Origin: Corallococcus coralloides
GTDB taxonomy: Bacteria; Myxococcota; Myxococcia; Myxococcales; Myxococcaceae
DNA: 53,109 nt
Reading direction: 5' to 3'
NCBI GenBank assembly: GCA_013116665.1
Contig: JABFJY010000032.1
Location: forward strand, 1-53,109
Shown: in pieces, positions 8,982 through 17,550 of the stretch
Layout of the letters: each line of letters starts with the position of its first letter
Position numbering within the stretch: position 1 is the stretch's first letter
The notes under the pieces: generated by a model
What the model was told of the DNA's origin: nothing
The model's input: only the letters and a program-made list of their open reading frames with translations
The model's database searches: none
Program-made: the position numbers and the translations under genes

Positions 8982-11810
8982 ATGCGGATCGCTCCCCAGA
9001 ATGGCGCGCCTCAACTGTTCGCGCGCACGCGCGCACGCTCCAAACCGGACGGGAGGCGGGACTTGGCGGAGGTCGCGAGGGGTTTGAAGCTGGAAGTGGA
9101 GGCGGACGCCGCGGCCATCGCGGCCCGTGCCGCGGAGGAGCTCGTGGAGGCGGGGCTGACGCCCTTCCACGAGCGGCTCCTCGCCGAGGAACTGCTCGCG
9201 CGCAGCGGAGACACGCAGCAGCGGCTGGCGAACGCGCTGGCCGAGGCGAAGGTGGACCTCAACCCCCACCAGGTCGAAGCCGCGATGTTCGCGCTGGACG
9301 CCCTGTCGCGCGGCGGCTGCATGCTCGCGGACGAGGTGGGCCTGGGGAAGACCATCGAGGCGGGCCTCGTCATCGCCCAGCTCATGGCGGAGGGGAAGAA
9401 CCGCATCCTCATCCTCGCCCCCGCGGTGCTGCGCGCGCAGTGGAATGCCGAGCTGCGCGAGAAGTTCGACCTGGACAGCGTCCTCGTCGACGGCCGCGAC
9501 GTGAAGAAGCACAACAACTGCTTCGATCAGCCCTTCCCCGTCATCTGCTCGCACCCGTTCGCGGCGAACCGCTCCGCGCTCGTGTCGGAGATTCCGTGGG
9601 ACCTGATCATCATCGATGAGGCCCACCGGCTCCGGAACGCGCACCGTCCCAACAACAAGACGGGCCAGGCGCTGCGCGCGTCGCTGGCGGGCCGCCCCAA
9701 GCTGCTGCTCACCGCCACCCCGCTCCAGAACGACCTGATGGAGCTGTTCGGCCTGATGTCGCTCCTGGACGAGCAGATCCTGGGCCCCGAGCACGCCTTC
9801 CGCAGCCGCTACCGCGCCGACGAGGGCGGCGGCATGACGGAGGCCGCCGCGTGCGAGCTCAAGGAGCGGCTGGCCCCGGTGGTGCAACGCACGCTGCGCC
9901 GGCAGGTGCGCGAGTACGTCCGCTACACCAACCGCCGCAGCATCGTGGAGGACTTCCTCCCCTCCCCCGAGGAGCACGACCTCTACGAGAAGGTCAGTGA
10001 GTACCTGCAGCGCTCGGAGGCCGCGGCCATCGAGCCGGGCAAGAAGACGCTCCTGACGCTGTGCTACCGCAAGCTCCTGGCCTCCTCCACGTTCGCCATC
10101 GCGCCCACGCTGCGGCGGCTGTCGGAGAACCTGGAGAAGCGCCTGTCGGCCGCGCGGCTGGGACAGCAGGCCCTGTCGCTCTTCGAGCCGGAAGAGGCCA
10201 AGCAGTTCGTGGAAGAGGGCGAGGAGTGGTCAGACGACCCCGCCAAGGCGCCCCAGGTCCGCACGCTGGAGCAGGAGGTCTGGGAGCTGCGCCAGTACGC
10301 GGACCTCGCTGACTCCATCCGCATCAACGCCAAGGGTGAGGCGCTCAAGCGCGCCCTGGACCGCACCTTCGCGGTGATGCGCACGCACTCCTGGCCGGAG
10401 AAGGCGCTCATCTTCACGGAGTCCAAGCGCACGCAGCAGTACCTCTTCAGGCTGCTGTCGGAGCACGGTTACAAGGACAAGATCTCGCTCCTGTCCGGCG
10501 ACGCCGGCGGCACGCCCGAGGAGCGCCGGGCGCTGGTAGAGGAGTTCCGCCACAAGACGCAGATCCTCATCTGCACGGAGGCCGGCGCGGAGGGCCTCAA
10601 CCTCCAGTTCTGCAACCTGGTGGTGAACTACGACCTGCCGTGGAACCCGCAGCGCGTGGAGCAGCGCATTGGCCGGTGCCACCGCTATGGCCAGCAGCGC
10701 GACGTGCTGGTGGTGAACTTCCTCAACCGGCAGAACGCGGCGGACGCGCGCCTGTTCGAGCTGCTGGAGAAGAAGCTCAACCTCTTCGACGGCGTGTTCG
10801 GCGCGTCCGACGAAATCCTGGGCGCGCTGGAGAGCGGCGTCGACTTCGAGCGTCGCGTGCTGGACATCTACCAGTCCTGCCGCGACCCGAAGGACATCAA
10901 CGTCGCCTTCGACAAGCTGCGCGAGGAGCTGGAGGGCAGCATCAACCAGCGCATGACGTCCATGCGCTCGGTGGTGCTGGAGCGCTTCGACGGCGACGTG
11001 CGCCGCCGGCTGCGCGTGGCGGGAGACGCGGCCAAGGAGGTCGTGGCCAGGCGCCAGCAGGAGGCGAAGGCGCTCACCGGCTCCGTGCTGGGCAGCCGCA
11101 CCTCCGGACGGCTCCAGGTGGCCAAGGCCGCCTACGCGGTGCGCGACCGCACCCAGGACACCGTCAGCTACCTGCAGCTGGACGCGGCGGGGCTCCCCTC
11201 GCGGCTGGCGCGGCTGGCCGGCAGCGAGGGCTGGTGGTTCGTCTACAAGTTCGAGACGACCGGCCTCAAGCCGGAGGAGAAGCTGGTCCACCTGGTGCTG
11301 GTGAAGGACCGGGACGGCGGCTTCCGCGCCCTGCCGCTGACGGACGGTGTCCACTTCACGAAGCTCGACGCCAAGGAAGAGAAGCGCCGGCAGCCCGCGC
11401 CGGTGTCGGTCCAGCTCATGCAAGAGCAGTCGCTGATGACCGCCAAGGATGAGCTGATTCGGGCCGCGGAACGGCGCAACGCGTTGGAGCTGGACAAGGC
11501 CAAGGAGCGCGCGGACCGCTACGTCGAGGACTGCCTGATGGAGTCGCGCGAGGTGGTGGAGTCCGCCCGCCAGGCGTGGTTCGACGCGCGCAAGGAGGTC
11601 TCCGGCATCGAGGACATCGCGGAGCGCGCGAAGGCGCGGGCGCACGCGGACCGGCAGGAGCGCGACTACCGCCGCAAGCTGGCGTCGCTGCGCAACGAGG
11701 AGGAGAAGCGCTACGCCTCCAAGGACCGGCAGATGGCGGAGCTGGCGAACAAGGCGCGCGTGACGGAGAAGCGCACCCTCATCGCCTCCGCGTACTTCTG
11801 GCTGTCTTGA
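8982..11810 (+). CDS. SNF2/Swi2-family helicase: N-terminal DEAH helicase core with a ~400-aa C-terminal coiled-coil-rich extension
   Basis: ORF 7965..11810, trimmed to the ATG at 8982. Motifs ADEVGLGKT, IIIDEAHRLRN, TATPLQN, and helicase C motifs LICTEAGAEGLNLQ...QRIGRCHRYGQ. Confidence 0.8.
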   Translation: MRIAPQNGAPQLFARTRARSKPDGRRDLAEVARGLKLEVEADAAAIAARAAEELVEAGLTPFHERLLAEELLARSGDTQQRLANALAEAKVDLNPHQVEAAMFALDALSRGGCMLADEVGLGKTIEAGLVIAQLMAEGKNRILILAPAVLRAQWNAELREKFDLDSVLVDGRDVKKHNNCFDQPFPVICSHPFAANRSALVSEIPWDLIIIDEAHRLRNAHRPNNKTGQALRASLAGRPKLLLTATPLQNDLMELFGLMSLLDEQILGPEHAFRSRYRADEGGGMTEAAACELKERLAPVVQRTLRRQVREYVRYTNRRSIVEDFLPSPEEHDLYEKVSEYLQRSEAAAIEPGKKTLLTLCYRKLLASSTFAIAPTLRRLSENLEKRLSAARLGQQALSLFEPEEAKQFVEEGEEWSDDPAKAPQVRTLEQEVWELRQYADLADSIRINAKGEALKRALDRTFAVMRTHSWPEKALIFTESKRTQQYLFRLLSEHGYKDKISLLSGDAGGTPEERRALVEEFRHKTQILICTEAGAEGLNLQFCNLVVNYDLPWNPQRVEQRIGRCHRYGQQRDVLVVNFLNRQNAADARLFELLEKKLNLFDGVFGASDEILGALESGVDFERRVLDIYQSCRDPKDINVAFDKLREELEGSINQRMTSMRSVVLERFDGDVRRRLRVAGDAAKEVVARRQQEAKALTGSVLGSRTSGRLQVAKAAYAVRDRTQDTVSYLQLDAAGLPSRLARLAGSEGWWFVYKFETTGLKPEEKLVHLVLVKDRDGGFRALPLTDGVHFTKLDAKEEKRRQPAPVSVQLMQEQSLMTAKDELIRAAERRNALELDKAKERADRYVEDCLMESREVVESARQAWFDARKEVSGIEDIAERAKARAHADRQERDYRRKLASLRNEEEKRYASKDRQMAELANKARVTEKRTLIASAYFWLS

Positions 11811-11831
11811 GCCGTCTGGCGACGGGCCCCG

Positions 11832-12170
11832 TCACAGGGGCTTGAGCCGCACCCACGTCGCGCCCCAGCCTCCGTCCGCCTCGGAGGCGGTCTGGAAGCC
11901 TTCCACCTCTGGCAGCGTGGGCAGCAGGGACTGCACGGTGCGCCTCAGCGCGCCCGTGCCCTTGCCGTGGATGATGCGCACGTCGAGCACGCCCTTCTGG
12001 CGGCAGGCCCAGAGGTACTCGGTGACGAGCTCCTTCACCTCGCGAGGCTGGAAGAGATGCAGGTCGAGGTTCCCATCGACCGGAATTTCTACCGCTCCCA
12101 ACTCCTCAGGGGTGGGCGGAGGCTCCGGACCCTCCGGTGGCAGGGGCGGGAGTGGCTTTCGGCGAGACAC
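11832..12170 (-). CDS. Smr-domain protein
   Basis: 112 aa. LDVRIIHGKGTGALRRTVQSLL is an Smr motif. Confidence 0.7.
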   Translation of the reverse strand: MSRRKPLPPLPPEGPEPPPTPEELGAVEIPVDGNLDLHLFQPREVKELVTEYLWACRQKGVLDVRIIHGKGTGALRRTVQSLLPTLPEVEGFQTASEADGGWGATWVRLKPL

Positions 12171-12420
12171 CGTAGCGGGCCTCCTCCTGGCGCTGCTTCT
12201 CCTCGGCCGCCAGACGCTGACGCTCGCGCGCCAGCCGGAACTGTTCCTTGAGGCTGGTGATCTCCCCCTTGAGCTGGTTGATGTCCTCCTTCACCGCTCG
12301 CGGGTGGCTTTCGCCAGTCCCCTCCACGTGATTGCCCACACGCCTGCCCTCCGAGCCGGCTCCACCGGAGGAGGTCATCTGCATCAACAGCGCAGCCAGG
12401 GTCATCACCATCATGCCCAA
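12106..12420 (-). CDS. Small hypothetical protein: hydrophobic N-terminus plus charged coiled-coil segment
   Basis: 104-aa ORF with high GC3. Overlaps the Smr start by 65 nt in another frame. Lies between the DUF72 and Smr genes on the same strand. Confidence 0.35.
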   Translation of the reverse strand: MGMMVMTLAALLMQMTSSGGAGSEGRRVGNHVEGTGESHPRAVKEDINQLKGEITSLKEQFRLARERQRLAAEEKQRQEEARYGVSPKATPAPATGGSGASAHP

Positions 12421-12452
12421 TCACGTAAGCAAGCGCCGTGCTCGCGCGCAAG

Positions 12453-13511
12453 TCATGTTGCGTGAACGGCGCCTCTCTGACCGCCCTCCTCCTTGTGTGA
12501 CACGACGCGTTCGGCGAGCCGTACGGCGGACAGGGGGGCGCTGCCCTCCGCCTTGTTGTTGATGGTCACGAAGACGGGGCGGTCGCGCCGCACCGCGGCC
12601 ATGCACACCCGAGCCAGCACGTCGCGGGTGCCCACGTCCTCGTCCACCAGCCGGTTGAACGGCGCATAGCGGGCATAGGCCTCCTCGTAGCCCAGGTTCG
12701 GCGGCAGCATCCAACGCACCACCACCGCTCGGGCCTCGAAGGCGCGCGTGAGCTTCGCCTGCCGCGCGACGGGCGGCATGTGGGCCCACACCGCGAGCAC
12801 CGGGCTCACGCCCGTGTCCGCGAGCGCCTGGGCGAAGCCCTCCGTGAGCAGCTCCTCGTTGCGCACCTCCACCGCGTACAGCGGCCCCCGGGGCAGCGCG
12901 GAGAAGAACGCGTGCAGCCGCTCCACGAAGCGGCCCGCGCCGCCCAGTGCCGCGGGGTCCTGCGGCGGGAACTGGAAGACGAGCGGCCCGGCCTTGTCGC
13001 CCAGCCCTTCCAGGAACGGCGCCACCACGTGGTCCACCGCGTAGGCCGCCTGGAGGAAGCGGTCATTCACCTGCCCCCGGTGCGCGCCATACCGGTCGTG
13101 CACGGGGAAGCGCGCCAGCGTGCAGGCCTCGTGGGCCTTCACCAGGAAGCGGAAGCCGTCCGGCACCTGCTGGGCGTACTCGGCGAAGGTGGTGGCTGGC
13201 ACTGGCGCGTAGAACGTCCGGTCGATGCCCACCGTGCGCAGCACCGGGTGGTGCGCGTAGGCGGCCAGGCCCTCGCGCGCCAGCTGGGTGGTGCTGGCCT
13301 CATGGTCGTAGACGAGCCCGTCCCAACCGGGGAAGGTCCACGACGACGTGCCCAGGTAGACGCCCCGCGGAAGCTGCTCGCCCAGCAGGCGCAGGCTGTC
13401 GGACGGCTCGGCGGGCCCCACCGGCTGGGTCCTGCGCCGCGACGACGCCGGGGGCTCCTCCACCGCGCCGGTGAAGAGGTCGAACTGCGCGGGTCTTCGC
13501 GGTGCGCTCAT
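12453..13511 (-). CDS. DUF72 (UPF0759) family protein
   Basis: 352 aa. The DUF72-like core includes YLGTSSWTFPGW. Confidence 0.7.
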   Translation of the reverse strand: MSAPRRPAQFDLFTGAVEEPPASSRRRTQPVGPAEPSDSLRLLGEQLPRGVYLGTSSWTFPGWDGLVYDHEASTTQLAREGLAAYAHHPVLRTVGIDRTFYAPVPATTFAEYAQQVPDGFRFLVKAHEACTLARFPVHDRYGAHRGQVNDRFLQAAYAVDHVVAPFLEGLGDKAGPLVFQFPPQDPAALGGAGRFVERLHAFFSALPRGPLYAVEVRNEELLTEGFAQALADTGVSPVLAVWAHMPPVARQAKLTRAFEARAVVVRWMLPPNLGYEEAYARYAPFNRLVDEDVGTRDVLARVCMAAVRRDRPVFVTINNKAEGSAPLSAVRLAERVVSHKEEGGQRGAVHAT

Positions 13512-13776
13512 GCGTGCAGCTCCTCTCCCACGGAGGGGACGGCGGGGAAGCCCTGGGAGTAATCCCCGAGCCCAGGTGATGCAGCAGGTTGCCCCGATTC
13601 AGCGCGACGTTCCAGGTTTCCAGCACGCCCTCCAGGCGGACGGTCACGCACGGACAGTCCTCTTCCCATCACCACGGTATGTGATTGGACCTATGTCCCA
13701 ATGCAAACGCAGTCGCTTCGCTGTAAGCTACTCAAACCAAGGAATTCGGCACTACCCATGTAAAGCTTGAACGAGC

Positions 13777-14721
13777 TTGCAACGGCCGGGGGGCCTCATG
13801 GACTGGTCGTTGACCGCGTCGCTGCTCGCGGAGCGGGACACACGCCCCATCGTCGTGATGGACCGGCGAGGCCGCATCGAGCTGGCGAACGGCGCGTTCA
13901 CGTCGCTGCTGGGCCGGCCCCGTGAGGAGTTGTTGGGGCGCCGCTGGACGGATGTCTGCACGCCACGCGAGCACGGACGCGAGGTGGGCCAGGCGCTGCG
14001 GGCCATCTTCACCAGCGCGGAGACGCGGCTGGAGACGGAGGTGCTCACGCGCGACGGCGAGCGGCTGTCGGTGGAGCTGGACGTGGCCGCCGTGGGCCGC
14101 CCGCCCCTGCGGCTGGTGGCCATCATCACGCGCGCCTCTGCGCCCCTCTCCGTCCCCGAGCGCACCGTCGTCCCGGAGCCGGCCGCGGCCCAGGGCCCCC
14201 ACCGGGACCTGAGCTACGAAATCTCCACCGAGCTGTCGTCGTTCGGGACGCTCAAGGCGGTGTGGACGTCCGGAGAGGCGCGGCAGGAGGAGATGGTGGG
14301 CCAGCCGTGCTTCGGCGCCTTCGCGCACCGCGACGCCCCCTGCCTGGACTGTCCGTTGACAGCGGCGGCGCCTGCCTCGTGGCCACACACCATCGTGCGG
14401 CAGGCCGCCGAGCACGCCGAGGGCTATGAGGTCGTCACCGCCACGCCCACGGGCGCCGGCACCGCGCGTGTCAGCGTTCACACCATCGGGGATGAGACCC
14501 TCAGCGGCCTCTTCGAGGCGAAGGTGCGGCGCATGGCGCACGCCGCGCGGCTGTCCGAGCGGGAAGGCGATGTGTTGCGATATCTCGCGCTCGGCCGCTC
14601 ACCGACCGACATTTCAACAGTGCTAGGAATTACCGAGCGCACTGTGAAATTCCACCAGACCAACCTGCTCCGGAAGCTGGGCGCGGAGACTCGCTACGAT
14701 TTGCTCCGCCTGTTCTTCTGA
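13777..14721 (+). CDS. PAS-domain plus LuxR-type HTH transcriptional regulator. Alternative start at ATG 13798.
   Basis: The C-terminus EREGDVLRYLALGRSPTDISTVLGITERTVKFHQTNLLRKLG is a LuxR/GerE HTH. The N-terminus is PAS-like. Lies immediately upstream of cheA. Confidence 0.8.
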   Translation: MQRPGGLMDWSLTASLLAERDTRPIVVMDRRGRIELANGAFTSLLGRPREELLGRRWTDVCTPREHGREVGQALRAIFTSAETRLETEVLTRDGERLSVELDVAAVGRPPLRLVAIITRASAPLSVPERTVVPEPAAAQGPHRDLSYEISTELSSFGTLKAVWTSGEARQEEMVGQPCFGAFAHRDAPCLDCPLTAAAPASWPHTIVRQAAEHAEGYEVVTATPTGAGTARVSVHTIGDETLSGLFEAKVRRMAHAARLSEREGDVLRYLALGRSPTDISTVLGITERTVKFHQTNLLRKLGAETRYDLLRLFF

Positions 14722-14926
14722 GCAGGGCGCCTGCCCTCCGGGACAGCTTTCACGGCGTTGACTTTGGAGGATGCTGGGATTTCGACTCCGGAGTCTTGTG
14801 GGTCGGGGGGGCCGTTGCCCATGGGCAGCGCCAGTCAAATCCGTCTCATCAAACACATACAGTCTGTCTGGACTCTTATCCAAGGGCGTCCTGTCCGTGA
14901 GTGACACTCCGGGCTGGGACGACGTG

Positions 14927-17065
14927 ATGCGGGAGTTCCTCCTCGAGTCCCGCGAGCACGTGCAGAGCATCGAGGCGACGGTGCTGGAGCTGGAGGCGCA
15001 GCCGGGCGCTCAGCCATTGATGGCGCAGCTGTTCCGGGCCCTGCACACCGTGAAGGGCACCTGCGGCTTCCTGGGCTTCAGCCGCCTGGAGGCGCTGATG
15101 CACGCCGCCGAGGAGATGCTCTGCCTGGCGCGCGACCGGCGGCTGGTGCTGGACCGCGAGCGCGTGTCCACGCTGCTGGCGCTGGCGGACGCGGCGCGAG
15201 GGACGCTGGAGCACATCGAGGTGACGGGGCTGGAGCCCGCGGTGGACCACTCCGCGCTGCTTGCTCGCATGGCGGGCGCGGCGGCGGGCTCCGCGCCGCA
15301 GGAGGTGTCCGAGCCCCTGACGCCTCCGGGCGCCCTGCCCTGGCGCGGTGCCGCGACCGGGGTGGACTCCAAGCTGCGCGTGGACGTGGCGCTGCTGGAC
15401 CGGTTGATGAACCTGATGGGCGAGCTGGTGCTGGCGCGCAACCGCATCCTCCAGTGCGCGGCCTCGTCCACGCCGGGCGCGGACCTGCTCACCGCGTCGC
15501 AGCGGCTGGATGTCGTCACCACGCAGGTGCAGCAGGTGGTGATGAAGACGCGGCTCCAGCCGGTGGGCCAGGTGTGGAACCGCTTTCCCCGGCTGGTGCG
15601 CGAGCTGGCGCACGGGTGCGGCAAGCAGGTGCGGCTGCAGTTGCAGGGCGCGGACACGGAGCTGGACAAGACGCTGGTGGAGGCGCTGCATGATCCGCTC
15701 ACCCACCTCCTGCGCAACGCCGTGGACCACGGCGTGGAGACGCCCGAGCAGCGCCGCGCCGCGGGCAAGCCGCCCGTGGGGTGCCTGACGCTGAGCGCGT
15801 CGCATGAGGGCGGGCTCGTGCACCTGGGCATGTCCGACGACGGCGCGGGCATCGACGTGCAGCGGGTGCGGCAGGTCGCGGTGCAGCGGGGTCTGCTCAC
15901 GGCCGACCAGGCGGCGCGGATGCCGGACGCGGACGCGCGGATGCTCATCTTCATGCCGGGCTTCAGCACCGCGGAGCGCGTCACGTCGCTGTCCGGCCGG
16001 GGCGTGGGCATGGACGTGGTGCGCTCGCAGGTGGAGCGCATTGGCGGCACCGTGGAGGTGCACAGCCGGCCCGGTCAGGGCACGACGTTCACCCTGAAGA
16101 TTCCCCTCACGCTGGCCATCATCCCGGCGCTGCTCGTCACCTGCCGGGGAGACCGCTACGCGCTGCCGCAGGCCTCCCTGCGGGAGGTGGTGTTCCTGGA
16201 GCCGGCCCAGGCCCGCAAGGACATCACCCGCATCCAAGGAGCGTGCGTCCTGCGGCTGCGCGGAGAGCTGCTCCCGCTGGTGGTGCTCGCCGCCGAGCTG
16301 GGCGTGGGGCCGGCGCTGCCGGACCTGGACGAGGGCGCCACCGTCGTCGTGCTCCAGGCCGGTGAGCGCACCTTCGGGCTGTGGGTGGACGCCATCCACG
16401 ACACAGAGGAGATCGTCGTCAAGCCGCTCTGGAAGCACCTGAAGGGGCTGGCCTGCTACGCGGGGGCGACGGTGCTGGGCGACGGGCGCGTGGCGCTCAT
16501 CCTGGACGCCATGGGCCTGGGCCGCCGCCTGGGCACCGTCACCGAGGCGCAGGCCCAGGTCGTCATTCCAGAGGCCGCCGCGGAAGCACCGGCCCCGGAG
16601 GAGCCGCGCGAGCGAGTGCTGCTGTGCCGCAATGGCGCGGAGGGCCGCGTGGCCATTCCCCTGTCGCGCGTGGCCCGGCTGGAGGAGCTGCCCGCGTCGG
16701 ACGTGGAGCGGCTGAGCGGCGGCATGGAGATGGCGCGCTACCACGGGCAGCTGCTGCCGCTGGTGCGCGTGGCCTCCGTGCTGGAGGCGAGGCCCGGCGC
16801 GACGGAGCGGATCACTCAACACCTTCAGGTCGCGCTGGGTGAGTCGCTGTCCGTCGTCGTCACCCAGCACGCGGACACGCGCGTGGGGCTGGTGGTGGAC
16901 GCCATCCTCGACGTCGCGGAGGTGGAGCTCGCGCTCCAGCGCGAGACGCGCCGCCCGGGCGTGCTGGGCTCCATGGTGGTGCAGGCCCGGGCCACCGAGT
17001 TCCTGGACGTGGAGGGCACCGTGCGCGCCGTGCACCCGGAGCTGCTGACAGGCGGTGCGCCATGA
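14927..17065 (+). CDS. cheA: Chemotaxis histidine kinase CheA (HPt, dimerization, HATPase) with two C-terminal CheW-like domains and no receiver domain
   Basis: ORF 14771..17065, trimmed to the ATG at 14927 (MREFLLESREHVQSIE). HPt motif HTVKGTCGFLG. The HATPase region and two tandem CheW-like domains are present. Confidence 0.9.
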   Translation: MREFLLESREHVQSIEATVLELEAQPGAQPLMAQLFRALHTVKGTCGFLGFSRLEALMHAAEEMLCLARDRRLVLDRERVSTLLALADAARGTLEHIEVTGLEPAVDHSALLARMAGAAAGSAPQEVSEPLTPPGALPWRGAATGVDSKLRVDVALLDRLMNLMGELVLARNRILQCAASSTPGADLLTASQRLDVVTTQVQQVVMKTRLQPVGQVWNRFPRLVRELAHGCGKQVRLQLQGADTELDKTLVEALHDPLTHLLRNAVDHGVETPEQRRAAGKPPVGCLTLSASHEGGLVHLGMSDDGAGIDVQRVRQVAVQRGLLTADQAARMPDADARMLIFMPGFSTAERVTSLSGRGVGMDVVRSQVERIGGTVEVHSRPGQGTTFTLKIPLTLAIIPALLVTCRGDRYALPQASLREVVFLEPAQARKDITRIQGACVLRLRGELLPLVVLAAELGVGPALPDLDEGATVVVLQAGERTFGLWVDAIHDTEEIVVKPLWKHLKGLACYAGATVLGDGRVALILDAMGLGRRLGTVTEAQAQVVIPEAAAEAPAPEEPRERVLLCRNGAEGRVAIPLSRVARLEELPASDVERLSGGMEMARYHGQLLPLVRVASVLEARPGATERITQHLQVALGESLSVVVTQHADTRVGLVVDAILDVAEVELALQRETRRPGVLGSMVVQARATEFLDVEGTVRAVHPELLTGGAP

Positions 17066-17550
17066 GCGGCTCCCGCCAGCTGTGCTCGTTCCAGGTGGGT
17101 GACCACCTGTTCGGCCTGGACATCGAACGCGTGCAGGAGATTCTGCTCCCGCCCCCGCTCACGCGCGTCCCCGGTGCGCCTCCGGAGGTGGCGGGGCTGC
17201 TCAACCTGCGCGGGCAGATCGTCCCCTCCATCGACCTGCGCCGCCGCCTGGACCTCCCTGAGGGCACCGCCCCCGCGGACGCGCCCCACGTCGTGCTGCG
17301 CGGCGACGAGGGCGCGGTGAGCCTTCGCGTGGATGCCATTGGCGACATCCTCCCCTTCGAGCAGTCGGACCTGGCGCCGCTGCCGGACAACCTCCGCGGG
17401 CCGCTGCGCTCGCTGCTGTTGGGTGTCCATGCGCTGCCGGACCGGCTGCTGCTCGTGTTGTCCGCGGACGCGGTGGTGGACGGGCTCTCCCCAGCGTCCA
17501 GCGCCTCCGCCTCCCCTTCCTTCCCCGTGCTTCCCCAGGAGTCCCGCTGA
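17062..17550 (+). CDS. cheW: CheW coupling protein
   Basis: 162 aa. ATGA overlap with the cheA stop. CheW fold motifs [21 protein letters not shown]...[14 protein letters not shown]. Confidence 0.9.
   Translation: MSGSRQLCSFQVGDHLFGLDIERVQEILLPPPLTRVPGAPPEVAGLLNLRGQIVPSIDLRRRLDLPEGTAPADAPHVVLRGDEGAVSLRVDAIGDILPFEQSDLAPLPDNLRGPLRSLLLGVHALPDRLLLVLSADAVVDGLSPASSASASPSFPVLPQESR

Noticed and set aside
10230-11645. 471-aa minus-strand ORF antisense to the SNF2 helicase
   Set aside because: Shadow ORF. The helicase motifs are unambiguous on the plus strand.
14876-17035. 719-aa minus-strand ORF antisense to cheA
   Set aside because: Shadow ORF. CheA HPt/HATPase/CheW domains are on the plus strand.
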